Shown here one piece after another: positions 56,412-64,000 of a DNA stretch of 64,000 nt. The first letter of the stretch is position 1. The number at the start of each line of letters is the position of its first letter. The notes beneath the pieces are model-generated. The model saw nothing but the letters and a program-made list of their open reading frames with translations. It ran no database searches and was not told where the DNA came from. The position numbers and the translations under genes are program-made. Source of the DNA: Candidatus Peribacteria bacterium RIFCSPHIGHO2_01_FULL_51_35 (lineage in GTDB: Bacteria; Patescibacteriota; Gracilibacteria; Peribacterales; Peribacteraceae); the NCBI GenBank assembly GCA_001787535.1, contig MFXP01000015.1, positions 22,549 to 86,548 on the forward strand, read 5' to 3'.

Positions 56412-57008
56412 ATGTCCCTGCTCCCACCTCAAATTCAAAAAGTTATCGAAGAGTTTTCGAAGTTGCCCGGCATCGGGCCGAAATCCGCCGAGCGTCTTAC
56501 GTTTCATCTACTTCGCAGCAGCAAAGCGACGCCGGAGAATCTGGGTGCAGCACTCGTGGATCTAAAATCCGAAATTCGGTACTGCTCCGTATGCCAGATG
56601 GTCACACTCAAGGAGACCTGTTCTCTCTGTGAAGATGGCAGTCGCGATGCAACAACCATCTTGGTCGTGGAAAATCCGTTGGAAGTGATTGCGTTTGAGA
56701 AAACATCCTACAAAGGTTCGTACCATGTGCTGCATGGCGTGCTCTCTCCCATCGATGGCATGGGTCCGGAGCAGCTCAAGCTGAAAGAACTTGTTGATCG
56801 AGCCAAACGCGGCGGCATCCAGGAGCTCATCATCGCGACGAACCCGGATATAGAAGGCGAAGCAACGGCCAATTACCTGCGCATGCAATTAAAAGACACG
56901 ATCCCGGTTATCACGCGCCTTGCCCACGGACTCCCCATGGGTGCGGACATAGAATTTGCAGACCAAATGACGCTGAAAGAGGCGATTGCGGGAAGAAGGA
57001 ACTTGTAA
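56412..57008 (+). CDS. recR: recombination protein RecR
   Basis: LPGIGPKSAERL HhH, a C4 zinc finger (CSVC...CSLC) and a Toprim segment. Confidence 0.95.
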   Translation: MSLLPPQIQKVIEEFSKLPGIGPKSAERLTFHLLRSSKATPENLGAALVDLKSEIRYCSVCQMVTLKETCSLCEDGSRDATTILVVENPLEVIAFEKTSYKGSYHVLHGVLSPIDGMGPEQLKLKELVDRAKRGGIQELIIATNPDIEGEATANYLRMQLKDTIPVITRLAHGLPMGADIEFADQMTLKEAIAGRRNL

Positions 57009-57010
57009 AA

Positions 57011-57199
57011 ATGTACAGGATTCTCTATAATGAACGTCTCATGTTCAAGATTACTTTTTGGAGCAAAGGCAATAAAAATAATTCTTCTGCAAAGAAGAAG
57101 GTGACGGTGAAAATTAAAAAGTTCACCCCCTTTCCAGCTGATATTAATGATTGGGGAGAGGATTATCGTGTCTTGATGCGAGAACTTTCAAAGCGATGA
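57011..57199 (+). CDS. small basic protein, candidate antitoxin of the downstream Doc-like gene
   Basis: 62-aa ORF whose TGA overlaps the ATG of the next ORF (ATGA at 57196-57199). No motif recognised. Confidence 0.35.
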   Translation: MYRILYNERLMFKITFWSKGNKNNSSAKKKVTVKIKKFTPFPADINDWGEDYRVLMRELSKR

Positions 57200-57705
57200 T
57201 TCAGTATCTTGAAATGGCAGATTGCATTGGTGTTATTTTCCCGTATATCCATCGCAACCTCACAGCAACAGAACAAGCTCCGGACTACCGTGCGGAGGCA
57301 TCTGGTATGGGCGAATTAGACAAAGTTTTAGCATTTATGAAGTCAGATTATTATCCATCATTCCATGATAAAGCTTCGTATGTGCTCTGTAGCATTGCTG
57401 GATCCCAATATTTTTCAAATGGCAACAAACGGCTGGGCATCGCTGTTCTAATGGCATTCCTTGCTCTCAACCAGGCAGGGAATCCAACGCTGGACGCAAC
57501 AGGTTTTCGAGCGCTTTTAAGCGGGCATTTTCCCTTGCATCAATGGGAGGACAACGCGCAATTCCAGAATCCTCACGCTCTTTTTCTGTACAACCTTGCC
57601 ATTGTCATCGGCAATCGAAATGTATGGGGAGGGATCAATTTTGATATTCTCAAGGAGAAAACATCAGAGATGTTTGAGCTGCTGCATCCGCTGCAAAAGA
57701 GTTAA
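57196..57705 (+). CDS. Fic/Doc-family protein with a degenerate catalytic motif
   Basis: ASYVLCSIAGSQYFSNGNKRLG aligns with Doc SATYLVATARGHIFNDANKRTA. The HxFx(D/E)(G/A)NKR motif reads QYFSNGNKR, with His replaced by Gln and Asp by Asn. Confidence 0.6.
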   Translation: MIQYLEMADCIGVIFPYIHRNLTATEQAPDYRAEASGMGELDKVLAFMKSDYYPSFHDKASYVLCSIAGSQYFSNGNKRLGIAVLMAFLALNQAGNPTLDATGFRALLSGHFPLHQWEDNAQFQNPHALFLYNLAIVIGNRNVWGGINFDILKEKTSEMFELLHPLQKS

Positions 57706-59225
57706 TGTTTAAAAGCCCGCGTGCCCGTCGTGACCATCGCGATGCCGAGTTCGTTCGCTTTTGCGAAGACTTCTTGGTCGCGCATGGAGCCACCCGGCTG
57801 AATGATGGCCGTGATGCCGTACTTTACTGCTTCTTCCACGGCATCCGGAAAAGGGAAGAAGGCGTCGCTGGCCATCACTGCGCCTTTGGCACGATCACCT
57901 GCGCGTTTGCCCGCGATCCACGTGGCATCCACGCGGCTGGTCTGTCCGCAGCCGATGCCGACGCTGGATTTGTCCTTCGCAAAGACGATGGCGTTTGATT
58001 TCGCATGCTTCACGATCTTCCACGCGAAGAGCATATCTTCGATCTGTTCTTTCGTGGGCTTTTTCTCCGTTACGGTGACCAGATCCTCCGGCAGTACGGC
58101 ATGCGTGTCAAAATCTTGCATGAGCACGCCGCCGAGCGTGGAACGAACTTGCCTGCCGTGCAGGACATTGCCGAAAATTTCGATGAGGCGGATGTTTGGC
58201 TTCTGCTTGAGGATCGTTAACGCATCTTCCGCAAAGCTCGGCGCAATGATCACTTCCGTGAAGATTTTCTGGTCGATGATCTTCTGCGCGATGGTGCCGG
58301 TGCAGTTGTGATTCAACGCAATGATCACGCCGAAGGCACTCAGCCTGTCTGCATCGTACGCGCGCTGGAATGCTTCCTCGATATTTGCATGCGATGCAAC
58401 GCCGCTGGGGTTTGCATGCTTGATGCATGCGGCCGTCGGCTCACCAAATTCGGAGACCAAGTTCCACGCGCCATCGGCATCCAAGAGGTTCAAATAGCTC
58501 AGCTCTTTTCCTTGGTGCATGCGCCAGTGCGACTGTGCGTTCGTCGTCGGAACCGGTTCATACGGCTCGAAGTATTTGCCTGTCTGATGCGGATTTTCGC
58601 CGTAGCGCAGTACTTTTCCATTGGTCAGGAGGATCCCTGTATTCGCTCCTGCAGAGAGCACTTCCGTAATGGCGCTGTCGTACGCCGCCGTGCGCAAGAA
58701 TGTTTTTGCAGCGAGTTCTGCGCGGAGTGCCGGGGATGTATCGCCGTTTTTTTCCAACTCCTGCAAAACACGCTCGTAATCCGCAGGATCGCAAATGACC
58801 GTGACGGACGCATGATTTTTGGCAGCGCTCCGGAGCAGCGTCGGTCCGCCGATATCAATCTGCTCAATCAATTCCGGTTTGGTCTTCGTCGTATCGCGCG
58901 CGGTTTCTTCGAACGGATACAAATTCACCACAATCAGATCAATCGGTTCGATGCCGTGTTTCTTCGCATCCTTCACATGCGCAGGATCATCACGGCGAAA
59001 CAGAATGCCGCCCATGATTTTCGGGTGCATGGTTTTGACACGTCCCGAAAACATTTCCGGAAAGGCAGTCACGCTTTCGATCGATGTGACAGGGATCCCT
59101 GCCTCTTTGAGCATCTTCTCCGTACCTCCCGTTGCCAACATCGTCACCCCGAGTTTCTGTAGTCCTTGTGCGAACGCAAGGAGTCCACGTTTATCTGCGA
59201 CCGACAGGAGGGCGCGTTTGATCAT
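57702..59225 (-). CDS. purH: bifunctional AICAR transformylase / IMP cyclohydrolase
   Basis: The start is set at MIKRALLSVADKRGL (MGS-like domain) and the protein ends ..TGTRAFKH; 507 aa. The upstream 122 codons of the track ORF have no PurH counterpart. Confidence 0.95.
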   Translation of the reverse strand: MIKRALLSVADKRGLLAFAQGLQKLGVTMLATGGTEKMLKEAGIPVTSIESVTAFPEMFSGRVKTMHPKIMGGILFRRDDPAHVKDAKKHGIEPIDLIVVNLYPFEETARDTTKTKPELIEQIDIGGPTLLRSAAKNHASVTVICDPADYERVLQELEKNGDTSPALRAELAAKTFLRTAAYDSAITEVLSAGANTGILLTNGKVLRYGENPHQTGKYFEPYEPVPTTNAQSHWRMHQGKELSYLNLLDADGAWNLVSEFGEPTAACIKHANPSGVASHANIEEAFQRAYDADRLSAFGVIIALNHNCTGTIAQKIIDQKIFTEVIIAPSFAEDALTILKQKPNIRLIEIFGNVLHGRQVRSTLGGVLMQDFDTHAVLPEDLVTVTEKKPTKEQIEDMLFAWKIVKHAKSNAIVFAKDKSSVGIGCGQTSRVDATWIAGKRAGDRAKGAVMASDAFFPFPDAVEEAVKYGITAIIQPGGSMRDQEVFAKANELGIAMVTTGTRAFKH

Positions 59226-59629
59226 GAGGGGAGGCAAGGGATTATGGCAGAAAACTTCAATTTTTTCCAGTTTACCCCGCAGCAGTTTGACTATAAACGG
59301 TATGTTGCTGATCAGCTCATAAACAGTAGTCAGCATTGTCCAAACTGGTGCGGGGTCTACAGCAGGGTCTTCTGATTCTCTTCCACCTTTGTCCGGCGAC
59401 AAAGGTGGAGCCAAAACGCCGGCGCGCCAATAGCTCCTCCACCCGACCCAGCGCCTCCTCGTCGGCTCCTCCAAGCCACGGTCGCTCGCGAGCGACGTGG
59501 CAAGGCTTCGGAGCCGACTCGTCGTCCACGCTGCGGCGTGAAGCTGGGTCTTCCCCTTCACCCCCCGTGGCGCGCCACCCTCCCAGCTCAATTAATGTGA
59601 GTGATATGTGATGTGCTATTCTGCACTCC

Positions 59630-59770
59630 ATGCAACGTTCTGAATTCACTGTTCCGGAGCTCCTGCTTCTTCTCACGGTCATCGCCGTGACTGTGGGAGT
59701 GACAGTGCCGCTTGTGCGAATCTCGCTTGCTTCCATGGAATCCTCAACCCTGTTGAGAACCGCGGAATAG
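59630..59770 (+). CDS. 46-aa ORF with a degenerate pilin-like N-terminus
   Basis: MQRSEFTVPELLLLLTVIAV... resembles a prepilin FT(L/V)xE + hydrophobic helix but lacks the Gly at -1. It is too short for the ORF track. Confidence 0.25.
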   Translation: MQRSEFTVPELLLLLTVIAVTVGVTVPLVRISLASMESSTLLRTAE

Positions 59771-59825
59771 TTCCCGCGTGCAAAGGATTTACGATACAAT
59801 GAGCCGCATCCGTTCCTCTTTCTCT

Positions 59826-60278
59826 ATGAAGTTCCGCTCGTCCCCAGGTTTCACCCTCATTGAGCTGTTGCTCGTCATCGGCATCATCGCCATCTTGGCG
59901 GCCATCGTCATCGTCGCATTGGACCCACCCAAGCGCCTGGCGGAGGCCCGCGATTCGCAGCGGAACACCGATGTGAACGCCATCATGAGCGTCGTTTACA
60001 GCTACATGATCGATACGAATGCACTGCCAAAAACCATCACGACCACGGAAAAAGAAATCTGTCGTTTCTCCGTGCCGACAGCGGAGTGCACTGCGGACAA
60101 CGGCGTAAGCCTCCGTATGTTATCCGGCGCGTATTTGGCAAACCTCCCCGCCGATCCACTCCTCCCAAGAACCAGCACGGGAACGAACTACACCATCAAG
60201 AAAGATGCCGGCGGCAAAGTGACCATAAAGGCATGGAGAACGGAACAAGCGTCGGAAGTGATCAGTGTGACGCGGTGA
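59826..60278 (+). CDS. type IV pilin-like protein (prepilin-type N-terminal cleavage/methylation domain)
   Basis: MKFRSSPG|FTLIELLLVIGIIAILAAIVIVAL is a canonical class III signal. The start is chosen at the Met giving a short leader. Confidence 0.8.
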   Translation: MKFRSSPGFTLIELLLVIGIIAILAAIVIVALDPPKRLAEARDSQRNTDVNAIMSVVYSYMIDTNALPKTITTTEKEICRFSVPTAECTADNGVSLRMLSGAYLANLPADPLLPRTSTGTNYTIKKDAGGKVTIKAWRTEQASEVISVTR

Positions 60279-60294
60279 TCTTTAAAAATATTTC

Positions 60295-60327
60295 AAAAAA
60301 GCCTCTTCGTGTTGAAGAGGTTTCTTT
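60295..60327. terminator. bidirectional intrinsic terminator between the pilin gene and rnpB
   Basis: AAAAAA-G-CCTCTTC-gtgtt-GAAGAGG-TTTCTTT. Confidence 0.75.
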
Positions 60328-60826
60328 GTCCGCTCTTTCCTACGCCGGGTTCTGTCGTCGGTTGACTCTTATGCATCAGGAGTTAACCGAGGATGATCAT
60401 CTCTCTTGGACGGCAATTGCTCGCCGCCTCAAGCGGAGGGGTCTCTGGACTCGGGGAACCGCGAGGGATTCCGAAGACCCAAATCCTCCTTACACCACCT
60501 AGAGTTTACCAAGTCCCTTGCGGGGTCCTCCATTCTAGCTGGAGGCGTTTCACATGCCCTTGCGGGCTCGTCTCTGTGGTACTGGTCCTCACGCGTCTTT
60601 ACCGAATATATGATGCGCGGATGGGCGTTACCCACTAGGCGTTCCTACGACGACGGCTTGCCCTGAGAGAGCGAAGCGAATCGAAGGGTGCCCGGACGTT
60701 CCTCCCGCCTGCGCTCCTCACTTCGTTCGGAGCTACGGCGGGCAGGCTCCTTATGCACGGAGCTTGCCCACCGAAGTCTCTTTGCGAAGCAAAGAGCGTA
60801 GGCGGGCGATCATCGAAAGAGCGGAC
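60328..60826 (-). ncRNA. rnpB: RNase P RNA, bacterial type A, unusually long (~500 nt)
   Basis: On the minus strand: P1 GTCCGCTCTTTC/GAAAGAGCGGAC, CR-I GGAGGAACGTCCGGGC, GGGTAACGCC, GGTAAACTC and CR-V ACAGAACCCGGCGTA. Confidence 0.9.
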
Positions 60827-60854
60827 ATCTATTCTCTCATAAATCAGCTTCTTT

Positions 60855-60883
60855 TTCAAGATAGACATTACATACTCTATAAT
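60855..60883 (+). promoter_or_regulatory. candidate sigma-70-type promoter for tRNA-Thr
   Basis: TTCAAG (60855-60860), a 17-nt spacer, then TATAAT (60878-60883), about 10 nt before the tRNA 5' end. Confidence 0.5.
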
Positions 60884-60892
60884 CCACATCGC

Positions 60893-60968
60893 GCCGCTGT
60901 AGCTCAGTTGGTAGAGCAACTCACTTGTAATGAGTAGGTCACCGGTTCAAATCCGGTCAGCGGCTCCA
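60893..60968 (+). tRNA. tRNA-Thr (anticodon UGU), CCA encoded
   Basis: GCCGCTG-TA-GCTCAGTTGGTAGAGC-A-ACTCA-CTTGTAA-TGAGT-AGGTC-ACCGGTTCAAATCCGGT-CAGCGGC-T-CCA. Confidence 0.95.
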
Positions 60969-61147
60969 TAAAAAATTGACGTGCAAGGGATTTCCCTGTT
61001 TATTTTGCGTATGTCCGGGGGAATCCACGCAGGCACTTCCTCTCCAGATCTCGAACTCTCAGTCGATTCACTTTATTTTTGGACACGAAAACGTGAGAAC
61101 AAGACGTGGATAGAAGCGAGAGACAGGGATAATAATCCTTGAATAAA

Positions 61148-61769
61148 CCCCCGGCTCTGCCGGGGGAGTCCGGCTGGTTCTACCGTTCCGGGATTTTGCG
61201 TACAGTGAAAAGAGGGAAAGCTCCGAGCAGGGCATTACCCTCTTTTCAATCATGCGCTCATTCGCATCACAGAGTCATGTGGTATGGGACTGTAAATACC
61301 ACGTGGTCATTGTACCAAAGTACCGAAAGAAAAAACTCTACGGAGACACCCGCCAGCGCATTGGCCAGATCATCCGCAAACTTGCAGAAGAACGGCATAT
61401 CGTCGTTCTCGAAGGCCATGCGATGCCCGACCATATTCATCTTGTCCTCTCCATCCCACCCAGAGAAAGCGTCGCTGATGTCATGGGCTTCCTCAAAGGA
61501 AAAAGTGCTATCAGGGCACACTTTGAATTCTCAAAGAGGAAAGCACCGACACAACAGAAGCACTTCTGGAGCAGAGGCTACTTCGTCTCCACAGTAGGAA
61601 TCGATGAGGAGATGATCCGGAAGTACGTGAGAAACCAAGATGACAATGACAAGAGAGAGAACAACAACCCACCACTTGATCTGTACTGGAATTAGTGGTC
61701 ACCAGCTTTGAGTCTCTTTAGTAGCCCCTTCTAGGGGCTTTCCCGCAAAGCTACCGGCTCTGCCGGTAG
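61148..61769 (+). mobile_element. IS200/IS605-family element (tnpA only) bounded by related hairpins
   Basis: Left hairpin CCCCCGGCTCTGCCGGGGG (61148-61166) and right hairpin CTACCGGCTCTGCCGGTAG (61751-61769) share the core CCGGCTCTGCCGG. A 5'-UTR hairpin AGAGGG...CCCTCT sits just before the ATG. Confidence 0.75.
61252..61695 (+). CDS. tnpA: IS200/IS605 family Y1 transposase TnpA
   Basis: VWDCKYHVVIVPKYRKK, HAMPDHIHLVLSIPP (HUH) and a conserved WSRGYFVSTVG segment (the catalytic Tyr is expected in this region); 147 aa. Confidence 0.9.
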   Translation: MRSFASQSHVVWDCKYHVVIVPKYRKKKLYGDTRQRIGQIIRKLAEERHIVVLEGHAMPDHIHLVLSIPPRESVADVMGFLKGKSAIRAHFEFSKRKAPTQQKHFWSRGYFVSTVGIDEEMIRKYVRNQDDNDKRENNNPPLDLYWN

Positions 61770-61822
61770 TTGATTACTTTTCCTATATTGAATTTGATGA
61801 AGCAGCATTTTCGGACAATCCC

Positions 61823-62320
61823 TTGGCGTATCTTCGGGGACAATTGGAAGCGCTGCAGGGCTATTTCCGTATCATTGCCAATCACTATGACGATCTGAAT
61901 GGGGAATATAAATTTGAGAGCGCGAGAAAAGAAAATTTAATAAAGCAAGTGGAGGCAATGGCTTTCATGTTCGGGAAGCGATTCGCTGACCAATTTCTTC
62001 TTAGTGAAAGAGGTATGGAGGAGCTGCGATCGTTATGGACGCGTTTTCGAACGCTTGAACCTGCTTTGGCTGAGGATCTTCAAGGGTTAGCTGCCGATGA
62101 AGAAAAATACCGCTCTCTACAAGTACAATTTGAGCTGTTACTGGAGAATTTCAAACATTTGCGTGCAGAGTGCATGGATACATTTCATAAGCATGCTGCC
62201 GATGTCTGTATTAAGCAGATTGAGAATATCAATCAAAAACACTCTCGATTAGAGACCCTCACGGCGCATTTTCGCGAAGTACGGGAAGAATATTGCAAAC
62301 TTTTGCTGAACCGGAGTTGA
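61823..62320 (+). CDS. hypothetical coiled-coil-like protein
   Basis: 165-aa ORF with a TTG start in the track, so the start is uncertain. A+T-richer. Confidence 0.35.
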   Translation: MAYLRGQLEALQGYFRIIANHYDDLNGEYKFESARKENLIKQVEAMAFMFGKRFADQFLLSERGMEELRSLWTRFRTLEPALAEDLQGLAADEEKYRSLQVQFELLLENFKHLRAECMDTFHKHAADVCIKQIENINQKHSRLETLTAHFREVREEYCKLLLNRS

Positions 62321-62348
62321 AATTTATGGAGTCTGTTACACTGCTCCC

Positions 62349-63743
62349 GTGAAGAAATCAGAAGCAATCTTCGGCATCCTCCGGATCCCGATGGATGGCC
62401 TTTCGGCATTGGCGGCCATCCTGTTGGCGTACCGGCTGCGTGAGGCGAACATAGACCTCCTGCCCCGCATTCAGCTGCTGGAACCTGCGACGACGCTGCC
62501 TCCCATCGGCTACTTCTTCGAGACGTTCGTCGTGCCGAGCATCCTCATTTTCCTGGTGATTGCCGCGCTGCTTCGGCTGTACTCACTTGGCTCCACACTC
62601 AGTGCCTGGAACGAAGTGGGGAGGCTTCTGGTCGCGGCCGCGCTCTGGCTCGTCGTTATCATCGGGTGGTATTTCCTCATTAAGAAACAACTGTTCTACT
62701 CGCGCGCGCTTCTGCTGCACGCCGTTTTTTTCCTCGCATTTTTCTCCATCCTGGGGCGAACGGCATTGCTGCTCCTGGAACGCAGTTTCCTGCGGCTGGG
62801 CATGGGACGTCATCTCGTCATTTCCGTCGGTCAGCAACCGCTCACCGCTTCCGCCAAGGATTTCGTGGAGCACGATCTGCGCTACCGTTATTTGGGACAT
62901 GTGCAACATTTGGAAAATCTCAAACGGTTTCTTCACACGCACACGCTGGATCTGGCGATCCATACGGATCCGAATCCGCGCAGCGACGACACCGTCGCGC
63001 TCATCGATTACTGCCGCAGCCACCACATCGGGTACGGATTTTTGCCTCCCGTTCTGGCCGATGTTCCGCACCAGCTGCGAGTGGAGCGCTTGGGGCTTGT
63101 GCCGCTCATTCGCTTCCAACCGACGCCGTTGGATGGCTGGGGACGCGTCTTTAAGCGCCTGTTCGATCTTGCAGGGTCGCTGGTGCTGCTCATCGTTCTT
63201 CTTCCCATTCTTCTCCTCATTGCGATCGCAATTGTCATCGATTCCGGTTGGCCGATCTTCTATATCTCCACGCGCATTGGAGAGAACGGCCGCAGGCGCA
63301 TCCGCATTGTGAAATTCCGTTCGATGTACAAGGATGCCGATCGCAAGAAGGCGGATCTCACGCAATTCAATCATCGTCGCGATGGTCCGCTCTTTAAAAT
63401 AAAGAATGATCCGCGCGTGACGCGCGTGGGAAAATTCTTGCGCCGCTGGACGCTGGATGAACTCCCGCAACTCGTGAATGTGATCTTCGGGCAAGTGTCG
63501 CTCGTCGGGCCGCGGCCGCATCTGCCGGAGGAAGTGGAGCGGTATTCACCACTGGAGCGCCGCGTCTTCGCCGTGAAACCGGGGATCACGGGGCTTGCGC
63601 AGATTTCCGGGAGATCGGATTTGAAATTCGAGGAAGAGATGCGGCTGGATCTTCGCTACATTGAAGAATGGTCGATCCTCTTCGATTTGTGGATCCTCTG
63701 GAGAACCCTTTTTGCGGTGATTTCGAGGAAGGGGGCGGACTAA
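62349..63743 (+). CDS. polyprenyl-phosphate hexose-1-phosphate transferase (WbaP/bacterial sugar transferase family)
   Basis: N-terminal TM segments. The C-terminal PF02397 signature is KRLFDL..S...L....P......I....DSGWPIFY...R.G..G....I.KFRSM and DELPQL.NV..G..SLVGPRP. Confidence 0.9.
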   Translation: MKKSEAIFGILRIPMDGLSALAAILLAYRLREANIDLLPRIQLLEPATTLPPIGYFFETFVVPSILIFLVIAALLRLYSLGSTLSAWNEVGRLLVAAALWLVVIIGWYFLIKKQLFYSRALLLHAVFFLAFFSILGRTALLLLERSFLRLGMGRHLVISVGQQPLTASAKDFVEHDLRYRYLGHVQHLENLKRFLHTHTLDLAIHTDPNPRSDDTVALIDYCRSHHIGYGFLPPVLADVPHQLRVERLGLVPLIRFQPTPLDGWGRVFKRLFDLAGSLVLLIVLLPILLLIAIAIVIDSGWPIFYISTRIGENGRRRIRIVKFRSMYKDADRKKADLTQFNHRRDGPLFKIKNDPRVTRVGKFLRRWTLDELPQLVNVIFGQVSLVGPRPHLPEEVERYSPLERRVFAVKPGITGLAQISGRSDLKFEEEMRLDLRYIEEWSILFDLWILWRTLFAVISRKGAD

Positions 63744-63744
63744 C

Positions 63745-63828
63745 GAGCAGAAAGCGCAGAGCAGAAAGCAGAGAACAATTATTCATATCTTACTTTTTGC
63801 TTTTTGCTCTTTGCTCTTTGCTTTATGC
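63745..63828. repeat. CAGAAAGC-word hairpin, second family member
   Basis: The left arm GAGCAGAAAGCGCAGAGCAGAAAGCAGAGAAC is nearly identical to 7004-7035. The right arm is CTTACTTTTTGCTTTTTGCTCTTTGCTCTTTGCTTTATGC. Confidence 0.85.
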
Positions 63829-63875
63829 TACCAAAGGATTTTTGTTGCATTCCCCCAAACCTCTCTCGTTCTCCC

Positions 63876-64000
63876 ATGCCTCCTCGCATTTCTCTCCAAC
63901 ACATCATGGGCGCCTTCTTTGGTGTCCTCCTCCTTATTCTTCTGTACCAAGCTGTGCGCGTGGCAAAAGCTCCTGTGATCGTGCAGGACGCGGAAGCCGC
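63876..64000 (+). CDS. partial ORF running off the window (N-terminal TM segment)
   Basis: ATG at 63876 gives MPPRISLQHIMGAFFGVLLLILLYQAV... It remains open to the window end. Confidence 0.3.
   Translation, partial: MPPRISLQHIMGAFFGVLLLILLYQAVRVAKAPVIVQDAEA

Noticed and set aside
59226-59591. 122-codon N-terminal extension of the purH ORF
   Set aside because: PurH homology starts at MIKRALLSVADKRG. The extension is a low-complexity translation of the GC-rich hairpin region.
59226-59629. A ZTP (pfl) or purine riboswitch upstream of purH
   Set aside because: I read the minus strand for the conserved ZTP elements (GGGUCGUGACUGGCG-type 5' domain and CCGCCUGGGC 3' pseudoknot partner) and for the purine-riboswitch core. 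Only a loose GGGTCGGGTGGAGG match exists and there is no CCGCCTGGG. An Infernal scan would be decisive.
1-64000. Alternative genetic code (UGA recoded, as in some candidate phyla)
   Set aside because: All conserved genes (murA, dnaE, mfd, aspS, purH and others) are full length under the standard code. TGA clearly functions as a stop at the ATGA gene junctions.

Overview
This 64-kb chromosomal segment reads cleanly with the standard code: TGA is used as a stop, and conserved genes are full length. It is densely packed with housekeeping genes. The gene content looks like a small-genome, monoderm-like, possibly Patescibacteria/CPR-type bacterium, but that placement is inference only. Recognisable genes include cell-wall genes (murA, murB, murG, ftsW-like, lspA, a GlmU-like gene, a flippase and a WbaP-like sugar transferase). 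Nucleotide metabolism is represented by pyrF, pyrB, pyrC and purH. Replication and repair genes are dnaE, dnaN, a tandem-OB ssb, mfd, recR and nrdR. Translation and RNA genes are gltX, aspS, smpB, tsaC, RNase J, RNase P RNA, tRNA-Arg(CCU), tRNA-Leu(UAG) and tRNA-Thr(UGU). Four perfect DnaA boxes upstream of dnaN suggest oriC, although dnaA is not adjacent. The most unusual content falls into four groups. (1) A translationally coupled five-gene operon (14840-23396) encodes only signal-peptide-bearing, Cys-rich proteins with no recognisable family apart from one HExxH motif. (2) Long intergenic hairpins have arms made of tandem 7-8-nt words. There are several sequence families, some present in 2-3 copies, and one is split by a four-helix-bundle (23S-IVS-type) gene. 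(3) Small selfish ORFs are attached to tRNAs or hairpins: two GIY-YIG genes 3' of tRNAs (one bracketed by an 18-nt duplication of the tRNA-Leu 3' end), a DUF559 gene with inverted flanks, an IS200 element and a RayT-like transposase. (4) Perfect GC-rich palindromes are inserted in-frame in pyrC and in the RayT-like gene. There is also a Doc/Fic-like toxin-antitoxin pair with a degenerate catalytic motif. All functional calls come from reading translations and motifs by eye; no database search was run.
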